Shown here one piece after another: positions 1-7,457 of a stretch of DNA of 64,000 nt. Location: NCBI GenBank assembly GCA_046313635.1, contig JBKBYA010000002.1:256001-320000 (forward strand), in the 5' to 3' direction. Source of the DNA: Pyrinomonadaceae bacterium. GTDB taxonomy: Bacteria > Acidobacteriota > Blastocatellia > Pyrinomonadales > Pyrinomonadaceae. The notes below the pieces were generated by a model, which had not been told where the DNA came from, did no database searches, and saw only the letters and a program-made list of their open reading frames with translations. The first letter of the stretch is position 1. The number at the start of each line of letters is the position of its first letter. Both the position numbers and the translations under genes were made by a program.

Positions 1-112
1 AAGTGATGTGCGTGATTGTCTGCAGCTCGCCGATGTCGTAGAGATAGCGGATCACGCCGAGATGAAAAAGCGTCGCTCTGAAGCCGCCGCCCGATAATGC
101 AAGTCCTCTCAT
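1..112 (-). CDS. Patatin-like phospholipase, N-terminus only (runs off window edge)
   Basis: Manual translation from ATG at 112: MRGLALSGGGFRATLFHLGVIRYLYDIGELQTITHIT, with the patatin glycine-rich SGGGxR motif; GAGGAG SD upstream; absent from ORF track. Confidence 0.85.
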   Translation of the reverse strand, partial: MRGLALSGGGFRATLFHLGVIRYLYDIGELQTITHIT

Positions 113-146
113 CCTCGTTGCTCCTCATCCGGTGCGGGCGGGCCGG

Positions 147-1241
147 TCAAACCTCGAACTCGGCAAAGACCGCGGCGTGATCCGACGCCTGCGTGACCTT
201 GTTCGTGACCTCGGGAAAGGTCGGGTTGTTCTTTCTGAATATGCCGCGGCGCTCGACGCCGACATTCTTGAGCCCGGCGGCGATCGGCCGCGAGACGAGC
301 AGATAGTCGATCTGGAGCTTGCCGCCGTCGTAAGTCCAACGCGGGCCCGAGATCGTCGAGAGGACGTCGATCAGACCGGGCATACCAAGGAGCTTTGCGA
401 GCGGCTTGCTCGACGGCGTGTCGTTGAGATCGCCGGCGACGACGACCAGCTCGGCCGTCAGATCGTATGACGCGAGGATATCGACGATGCGGTCGGCCTG
501 GCGCTTTCGTTTTGCGTCGCTCGAGGCAGGCGAGCCGTAGCCTTTGCTCTTGAGATGGTTGCAGAGCACGTGCAGGGGCCTGCCCGCGCCTATATCCAGC
601 GAGTACTCGGCGCAGTCGCGGCTGAATATCCGATACGATCTGCCGTTGCTCGACTTGTAGCTGTCGTCGATGTGCGAGCGGATCTTTGCGATCGGAAAGC
701 GCGACAGCAGGCCGACGTCGATGCCGCGCTCGTCGTTGCCGTCGATGAGCATCGCGTGCGGATATTCGATCTTTTCCTTGCGCAGCAGCTGCTCGTTAAA
801 GCGGCGAAGCGCGATGCGGTCGTCGACCTCGACGACGCAGAGCACGTCGGCGTCGACGGCCTTGATCACTCGAGCCGTGTTTTGGATGCTGATCTCGTTG
901 GTGCACTGCTTGATCAGCTCTACCCAGCCGAGCCAGTCGCCGCGGCCCCTGGCCTTTAGCACGACGCCCGAGCCGTCCTGCTTGCGGCCGAAGAGCTTTT
1001 CGCGGACCTCGTTGATGCGGAACCAGGGATTCTCGGGCTGCTCGTGAAAGTACTTGTTGAGTATCGCGACGATCCTTTCGCCTGTCTCGCCCGCGTAGGA
1101 CGCACTCTCGAGCAGCGACTGAAGATCGGCGACGTCCTTTAAGACCTCGCGTCCCGTTGCGCTGAACCCCTCGAGCTCCATCACGCGCGGCCGCTCAAAG
1201 AGGTTGTTGACGTTGAACGTCCCGATCCTAATGGTCTTCAT
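147..1241 (-). CDS. Endonuclease/exonuclease/phosphatase (EEP) family protein
   Basis: Start re-assigned to MKTIRIGTFNVNNLF (GGAG SD); motifs TFNV.NL, VEV, NHLKSK, GDLND, QIDY, SDH. Confidence 0.88.
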   Translation of the reverse strand: MKTIRIGTFNVNNLFERPRVMELEGFSATGREVLKDVADLQSLLESASYAGETGERIVAILNKYFHEQPENPWFRINEVREKLFGRKQDGSGVVLKARGRGDWLGWVELIKQCTNEISIQNTARVIKAVDADVLCVVEVDDRIALRRFNEQLLRKEKIEYPHAMLIDGNDERGIDVGLLSRFPIAKIRSHIDDSYKSSNGRSYRIFSRDCAEYSLDIGAGRPLHVLCNHLKSKGYGSPASSDAKRKRQADRIVDILASYDLTAELVVVAGDLNDTPSSKPLAKLLGMPGLIDVLSTISGPRWTYDGGKLQIDYLLVSRPIAAGLKNVGVERRGIFRKNNPTFPEVTNKVTQASDHAAVFAEFEV

Positions 1242-1299
1242 TGGTCTCCGGCGGCCGTCTCCTCGACGGGCCGCGTCAGCTCGCCGGCCCGCCCATTCG

Positions 1300-2091
1300 T
1301 CAAAGGGTGACGCCGTATGCCTCGGGAAAGAACGCGGCGTTGATATAGGCCTCGGTCGCGTAGCCGAAGCCTTTGTCGCCCCACGTTTTTCCCCAACTGT
1401 TTCGGATGATGAATCGCCCGTCGGCGCGGTAGCCGACGACCGCGACGGCATGACCGCCGGCGGCCGTTCGAGGCTTGAAGGTGTCGAGCAGCCCGCGGGT
1501 GGCGGTCGCGTTGTTCCAGGTCGAGTCGACATTTAGTGCGACGAGCAGCGGGCCCTTGCCGGCGAGCCAGGTCCTCCATTGGCGGAGGTCCTTGAAGAGA
1601 TTGAAATAGCTCGCGATCTTGAGCTGCGCGGCCGTGGCGTAAAACGTGTCTGTCTCGTCGCGATAGAGCTTGGCGTTGTCGAAAGGCAGCATACTGTCTT
1701 TGACGGCGCCGTACTTGCGGGCGATGTCGACGGCGGCCTTAAGGCTGGTGCCGTCGCTGTCGATGAACGTCGTCGGACGGTCGGTGAACTCGTCGGTCTC
1801 CTTTGCCGCCATCCAGATGAATCTCGGTGAGAGCGGCTCGTTGTTCTTGATCTTTTTGGCCTTTACAAAGTGCCATCTCAGCACGCCCTCGGCCGTCGCC
1901 CAGCCGACGCATGCGCCGGTATCGGCCTGCTCGCCGACCTTCCACCAGTCGGCGCGCAGGTCGACGCTCGACGGCAGCGATGCCGGTGCCCTAAGTACAC
2001 CTGCCCCGACGGCATTGCTGATGCGCCAATCGTCCTGGGTGTCGCGTGACGGCACGATGTTGACGATCCTTTTTATCTTTTTACGCGGCAT
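1300..2091 (-). CDS. Papain-like cysteine protease (peptidase C1 family)
   Basis: LPSSVDLR, Q-x5-C (QADTGACVGWA), GGHAVAVVGY, IIRNSWG..WGDKG; no signal peptide. Confidence 0.92.
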   Translation of the reverse strand: MPRKKIKRIVNIVPSRDTQDDWRISNAVGAGVLRAPASLPSSVDLRADWWKVGEQADTGACVGWATAEGVLRWHFVKAKKIKNNEPLSPRFIWMAAKETDEFTDRPTTFIDSDGTSLKAAVDIARKYGAVKDSMLPFDNAKLYRDETDTFYATAAQLKIASYFNLFKDLRQWRTWLAGKGPLLVALNVDSTWNNATATRGLLDTFKPRTAAGGHAVAVVGYRADGRFIIRNSWGKTWGDKGFGYATEAYINAAFFPEAYGVTL

Positions 2092-2117
2092 TCCGCCCTC
2101 CTCACGTTCTGGTCGGC

Positions 2118-3365
2118 CTATTTGGCCGAGCTAAGCAGGATCTCGCTGAATCGGCGGCCGATGTCCGCGATCCTCGACGCCTGATCGCTGCCGTTGATGA
2201 TCGCCCGCGCGCCCTCGAAATCGGCCGTGCCGTCGGGCTTGAAATATTGTTCGAGCCGCCGGCCGGTAAACCATCCGTCGATCATCCCTTGGACGGCGAT
2301 ACGGTAGGCCAGATCGCGATCCTTGGACCGGTCGGGTTCGGTGATGAGATCGACGCCGGTGAGAGCGCGGGCCTTAGCATAATTTCGCCGGCCCGTGAGC
2401 TGGACGTAGCCGCGGCCGTGAAAGCGCGCTCCGTCGCCGGGCTGCGTATTGCCGAGCATCTTGCCGACCCTTGTGTGCGGCCCGTAGCGTTTGTTGAAGT
2501 AAGCGTCGCCGCCCCGTTCGTCGATCGGCTCAAACGTATGGGCGGTCTCCCATTTGAAGGTCGCCAGGCAGTAGGCGAGCTTGCGGCGGTCGGTGTCGGT
2601 ATTGCCGAATCGGTCGTCGGCTTCGACGCGGCCGAGCAGGTACTCAAGCGCGTCGACGAGCGGCTGTGTCAGTGGCCCGAATGTCGCTCGATAGCCGTCA
2701 AAGAACTTTTTGCGGTCGAATGAGAATCGGGGGGCTGCCGACGAGACTGCGGAGCGAGCGGCGGCGATGCCGTTCGACTCGGCCGGCTGAGCTCCAGCTG
2801 GCCACTCTTTGAGAATGCAAACGGTCAGCGGCCGCTTGTTCATCCAGTTCAGCCACTCGAGAAACTTCTTTTGATTTGCGGTCACGAGACAGGCGACCGA
2901 CCAGTTCTTGATGACGGTCGAGTCGACGCCCGCGCGATGGACGTTCGCCGCGATGACGTCGTCGTATTCGGCTCCGATCTCCTCGCAGCGCTCGTTGCGG
3001 TTGTTGTCGCGAAAGTACGGAAATCCCTTGACCTGCCGGTAGGCGGGCTTGCCCTTGTGCAGCCCGTACGCGTGCGAGCCGTAAACGATGACGTCCGACT
3101 TGAGCACCGCGCATCCGAGGTGGTTGTACTCGTCAAAATGCTTTAGGCCGTAGGAGCCCGCGTTCGTCGTACCGTTGCGGGCCATAATGAATTTCGGCGG
3201 CCTGGCATCGCCGTAGCATTCGTAAGTGAACGCCTTGTCGTCAAACGAATCGTAGGCGTCGGCGGCCGATCTGATCCAAACGTCCAAAGGCCCGTTAGGG
3301 AACCCCTTGAATGTCGGCAGACTCGCCACGCGGTCGAGAACCTCTTTGTCTGTAAACGTACGCAT
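2118..3365 (-). CDS. Two-domain putative peptidoglycan hydrolase: N-terminal LDT-like H..SxAC domain plus C-terminal GH19 lysozyme/chitinase-like domain
   Basis: C-terminal AYCLATFKWET, GNTQPGDGARFHGRGYVQLTGRRNY, ARAIING; N-terminal NVHRAG...WSVACLV; Ala/Ser/Pro-rich linker. Confidence 0.8.
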   Translation of the reverse strand: MRTFTDKEVLDRVASLPTFKGFPNGPLDVWIRSAADAYDSFDDKAFTYECYGDARPPKFIMARNGTTNAGSYGLKHFDEYNHLGCAVLKSDVIVYGSHAYGLHKGKPAYRQVKGFPYFRDNNRNERCEEIGAEYDDVIAANVHRAGVDSTVIKNWSVACLVTANQKKFLEWLNWMNKRPLTVCILKEWPAGAQPAESNGIAAARSAVSSAAPRFSFDRKKFFDGYRATFGPLTQPLVDALEYLLGRVEADDRFGNTDTDRRKLAYCLATFKWETAHTFEPIDERGGDAYFNKRYGPHTRVGKMLGNTQPGDGARFHGRGYVQLTGRRNYAKARALTGVDLITEPDRSKDRDLAYRIAVQGMIDGWFTGRRLEQYFKPDGTADFEGARAIINGSDQASRIADIGRRFSEILLSSAK

Positions 3366-3404
3366 CGTTCTAATTCGGATCGTGTATGATCGTCCCGCGG
3401 CCGG

Positions 3405-4046
3405 CTACAGCCGAACGCGTACCCGGAGCTTGCCTTCGATCAGCTTGCCCGCGAGCGGAAAGTCCCGCACGGTCTGACCGTCGTCGAGGCCGTAATTGTC
3501 AAAATCGAATCCGGAGTGAGAATGCGAAAAGAGCAGGTCGTCGGCACTGTCGCGGAAAAATTGCGGAATGACCGTCGTCACCGCTCCCATCAGGCTGCCG
3601 AGCAGCGGGCTCGTGACGGCCGCCGACGTCTTGAGTCGGTCCACGGCCGACGATACGTGCTTGTCGTCGAGGACCTTCTTCAGCTTGTCGGCAAATCGCC
3701 TGTGATTGTCGTCGCTCTCGATGACAAAAAGCTGCAGGGCGAAAAAGCCGTTTGGATCAAGGTCGGAATAGATCATGATGCCGCTGCCCGAGAGCGACGC
3801 CTTGGGAAAGGACCTTGTTACGTGGAATATGTTTGAGACCGACGCGAGCATGAACTTGAACGCGTCCTTATCGGCGAGGCCGCCGACCATCGCCGGCAGG
3901 CTCTTGTTTGCCCCGCCGATGATCTCGGTCTCGCTGTTTTGCTTGATGTTGAGATCGCTGGCAAAGGCGAGGACGTAAATATCGCGGGAGTCGTCGGCCT
4001 TTGGCGACAGACCCAACTCGGGGATCGATACGATCAGCTTTGGCAT
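3405..4046 (-). CDS. Hypothetical protein (213 aa)
   Basis: ATG at 4046 (MPKLIVSIPEL) with GAGG SD; co-oriented with the downstream hydrolase genes; no recognised family. Confidence 0.75.
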   Translation of the reverse strand: MPKLIVSIPELGLSPKADDSRDIYVLAFASDLNIKQNSETEIIGGANKSLPAMVGGLADKDAFKFMLASVSNIFHVTRSFPKASLSGSGIMIYSDLDPNGFFALQLFVIESDDNHRRFADKLKKVLDDKHVSSAVDRLKTSAAVTSPLLGSLMGAVTTVIPQFFRDSADDLLFSHSHSGFDFDNYGLDDGQTVRDFPLAGKLIEGKLRVRVRL

Positions 4047-4629
4047 TCCGACGGCCTCACATTCAAGAATCAAGGTTGCCGCTCACAGAGCTGCGGCGTC
4101 GGGACAGCAGGGCCAGTGTCGAGCGCTCGCGAAAGAGCGATGGACGGAACGGGCGGCAGCACGAGTCGGCGATGTAGATGAGGGGGGCGTACGCCGGAGC
4201 CGAGGGTCGATGCCCTGAACGATCCGATGCTGAAATGCGACGAAGCACCGCGGCAGCGTAGCCGCCTGGCTCGGGCTGCCATTGGCGGCCGCGGTCGTTC
4301 ATCGCGTTGACAATCGTCGGGCCAGGTCATCACGGGTCTTCCATGATCGGAGAGACCTGACCCTTCAACAGGAGAGAAACTGCCCGGCTTGCTCGATAAA
4401 CTGCTACGTCGAAGAGAAGAGAACATCCGGCCAGCGGCCGGCAAAGGAAAGCACTTTCCCAATAACGCGGATCTCCGCTTGATAGCGGCGAAACCGAATT
4501 TTGATCAGATTTTTCCTCTACCTATATAACGCGACGAAACGGTTCACGAGCTATCATTCGGAGCCGATCGTAACCGCCCGTGCGGCAGCCGTTGTCGCGT
4601 CGCAGAAGACCCGCCGGCGTGCGGCGGGA

Positions 4630-6165
4630 TCACCGAATGCGGAGATACTCGTCGAGAGCGATCGCGTTGTAATACTCGACCGGTGCGACCTCGTCGGTCA
4701 GCGGAGCGATATCGACAGCGGGAAGATGTCGGCGATGAGAAAGTAGTTGGTCGATGAGCTCGTCCGGCGCCGGTGCGGGCCTGCCGCCGTCCTTTCGCGC
4801 GGCGACGATCAGGTTTTGAAGCCGCCCGGAGGGATAGTCCGGATGCACCTGAAAAAGCTCGACCGTCGAGAAGACGCTCAGGTATGTCGCGAGCTCGGCG
4901 CCGAGAAACTCGCTGCCCGGCCCTTCGATCGCCGAACCGAGATTCAGTATCACGACACCGCCGGGTCGAAGGACGCGTCGGATCTCTGCGACCGCCTCAC
5001 GCGTCGTCAAATGCGGCGGAATGCTGAAGAGCGAGCCGAATGCGTCGATCAGCACCGCGTCGTAGCCCGCGTCGGGAGCGTTGTTGAGAAACGTTCGGCC
5101 GTCCTCGTGGTATATGCGCATTCGCGGGTCGTCGCGCAGCCTGAAGTGCATGCGTGCGAGCTCGGTCATTCGAGGGTCGATCTCGACGACGTCGATCGTC
5201 GCCGACGGATACGACCTGAGAAACTCTCTTGGAAAGGTATAGCCCGCGCCGCCGATCATCAATGCATTAGTAAAGTCGGGCGTGTAATGCCGCACGAGGT
5301 GATAGAAGCGATTGTGCGGCAGGACAAGTTCGTCGCTGTCCAGAAACACGGCCGACTGCGTGATGTAGGGATCGGTCGCGAGAGCGCGGATCGGCCGGCC
5401 CGTGGCGGGATCGGCGGTCGTAAAGATCCGCACGCGGCTGTATTCGGTGTCGACGTCAACCAGCCCCGCCGACCGTGCGAGCGACCAGGAGGCCGCCTCG
5501 CTGGCGGCGAGCGACAGCACGAAGAGCAAGAGTGTGCCGACGCTCGTTTGAGTGACCTTTATCGGAGCGAGCGAGAGCGCGATGGCAAAGACGGCGGCGG
5601 CGATCAGATAGAGCGTCCGTGTGCTGCCGACGAAGGGAACGAGCACAAAGCCGGCCGCGAATGTGCCGAGGATGCTGCCGACGGTCGAGAGCGCGTAGAG
5701 TCGCCCGACCGTGCGTCCCGAGTCTGAGATCCCGGTAAGTCTGAGCCTCGCCGCGTACGGCGTGACAAACCCGAAGCAAACGCTGGCCGGGGCAAACAAG
5801 AGTATCGCGACGAGCACGGCCTTGGCCTCGATCGGCACGGGGAGCCCGCCGACGATCGAGGCGACGACATCCTTGACGAGTATCGTAAGCGAGACGGCCC
5901 CGCCGGCCAGGAGCAGTACAAAGGCAAGTACTCTCGCGTCGGGCCTGCGGTCGGCGAGACGGCCGCCATACCAATAACCGAGACTCAGGCTGCCGAGAAT
6001 GACGCCGATGAGACTCGTCCAAACGTATGTCGACGTGCCAATAAAAGGCGCGACGACACGCGAACCGACGATCTCATAGATCATCACAACGGCGCCCGAG
6101 ACAAATACGGCGACGTCGATTACCAGAGGTGCGAGCCGCGAACGCATCGCTTGAATATTCATCAT
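4630..6165 (-). CDS. Fused membrane domain/spermidine synthase-like SAM-dependent transferase
   Basis: N-terminal multi-TM region (SGAVVMIYEIVGSR, GRLYALSTVGSILGTF); C-terminal MIGGAGYT, VVEID, EDGR, IDAF, HLTTRE. Confidence 0.88.
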   Translation of the reverse strand: MMNIQAMRSRLAPLVIDVAVFVSGAVVMIYEIVGSRVVAPFIGTSTYVWTSLIGVILGSLSLGYWYGGRLADRRPDARVLAFVLLLAGGAVSLTILVKDVVASIVGGLPVPIEAKAVLVAILLFAPASVCFGFVTPYAARLRLTGISDSGRTVGRLYALSTVGSILGTFAAGFVLVPFVGSTRTLYLIAAAVFAIALSLAPIKVTQTSVGTLLLFVLSLAASEAASWSLARSAGLVDVDTEYSRVRIFTTADPATGRPIRALATDPYITQSAVFLDSDELVLPHNRFYHLVRHYTPDFTNALMIGGAGYTFPREFLRSYPSATIDVVEIDPRMTELARMHFRLRDDPRMRIYHEDGRTFLNNAPDAGYDAVLIDAFGSLFSIPPHLTTREAVAEIRRVLRPGGVVILNLGSAIEGPGSEFLGAELATYLSVFSTVELFQVHPDYPSGRLQNLIVAARKDGGRPAPAPDELIDQLLSHRRHLPAVDIAPLTDEVAPVEYYNAIALDEYLRIR

Positions 6166-6207
6166 AAAAAAACTGCAGCCCTGCTTTGCCGAAACAAAAC
6201 AGGGCTG
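6166..6207 (-). terminator. Probable intrinsic terminator of ilvE
   Basis: CAGCCCTG/CAGGGCTG stem followed by a U-run on the minus strand. Confidence 0.55.
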
Positions 6208-6232
6208 TCAATCGAGGATCGGTGCGGTCAGC

Positions 6233-7222
6233 CTAGGCTACTGCCGTTTTTTTTTCGCCCGTATCGTGAATGTACGTCAGCCAGTCCGCACCGTGAGGAG
6301 CGGGCCGCTGCGCGAGGATGACCTTGAAAAATTCTTCCTGCAGGGTCTTGGTCAGCTCCCCGCGCTTGCCCGAGCCGACGGTGATGCGGTCGACCGAGCG
6401 GATAGGCGTGATCTCGGCCGCAGTCCCGGTGAGAAAGACCTCGTCGGCGAGATATAGAGCCGAGCGCTGAATGGACGTCTCGATCACCTCGACGCCCATC
6501 TCGCGAGCGATCTGGATGATCGAGTCGCGCGTGATGCCCGGCAATACCGAAGCTCCGAGCGGCGGCGTGTAGAGCTTGCCGCCGTTGACCAAAAAGATGT
6601 TCTCGCCCGAGCCCTCCGAGACCATTCCGCGGTCGTCGAGAGCGATGCCCTCCGAGAAGCCGCCGAGCAGCGCCTCCATCTTGATGAGCTGCGAATTCAT
6701 ATAATTCGCGCCGGCCTTTGCCATCGCGGGCAGCGAGTTTGACGTGATCCGCGTCCAGCTCGAGACGCAGACGTCGATGCCGTTCTCGAGGGCCTCTTCG
6801 CCGAGGTACTTGCCCCACTGCCAAACGGCGATATAGCAATCGATCGGATTGGGAAACGGGTTAACGCCAAATGCGGGTTTTTCTTCGTCGAGACCGCGAA
6901 AGACGATCGGCCGGATGTAGCACTCCTCGAGTCCGCTCTCGCGGATCAGCTCGACCGTCGCGTCGCAAAATTCGTCGCGGCCGAAAGGCGGGTCCATTCG
7001 ATAGATCTTGGCCGAGTTGACCAGCCGCTGCATGTGCTCTCTGAGCCGAAACACGGCCGGGCCGTTGACGGTGTTGTAGCAGCGAATGCCTTCAAACACA
7101 CTTGAGCCGTAGTTTACGACATGGGACATCACGTGGATGCGCGCGGCTTCCCAGTCGATCAGTTCGCCATTTTTCCAGACCTTCGGTGAGATCTTCATGG
7201 TGGCTACATCTTTTCCTGCCAT
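6233..7222 (-). CDS. ilvE: Branched-chain amino acid aminotransferase
   Basis: [42 protein letters not shown]. Confidence 0.95.
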   Translation of the reverse strand: MAGKDVATMKISPKVWKNGELIDWEAARIHVMSHVVNYGSSVFEGIRCYNTVNGPAVFRLREHMQRLVNSAKIYRMDPPFGRDEFCDATVELIRESGLEECYIRPIVFRGLDEEKPAFGVNPFPNPIDCYIAVWQWGKYLGEEALENGIDVCVSSWTRITSNSLPAMAKAGANYMNSQLIKMEALLGGFSEGIALDDRGMVSEGSGENIFLVNGGKLYTPPLGASVLPGITRDSIIQIAREMGVEVIETSIQRSALYLADEVFLTGTAAEITPIRSVDRITVGSGKRGELTKTLQEEFFKVILAQRPAPHGADWLTYIHDTGEKKTAVA

Positions 7223-7398
7223 ACGATTTTAATAACTCCAGATTTTATTATTTAAGACTCGGTCCGGGGCAAGCGTCTTATAGGTATCTCAAAGAAAATG
7301 CGCTCGATTCGCGATCTTGATGTACGGGTTTCGAGCACGTTTCAAGAATATTACAAGGGCAGGGCAAGCGCAATCACGAGGCCCATGGCCCTTCGGAC

Positions 7399-7430
7399 AA
7401 AAAAAGCGGCGGCAAAAGCATGCCGCCGCT
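7399..7430 (-). terminator. Intrinsic terminator
   Basis: AGCGGCGGCA/TGCCGCCGCT stem with A-run on plus strand (U-run on minus), after gene ending 7458. Confidence 0.7.
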
Positions 7431-7457
7431 ATCTGGTAGATCGTCGATCCGGCCGCG

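Noticed and set aside
2118..4046. Prophage lysis cassette
   Set aside because: No recognisable holin, spanin, structural or integrase genes nearby in the window.
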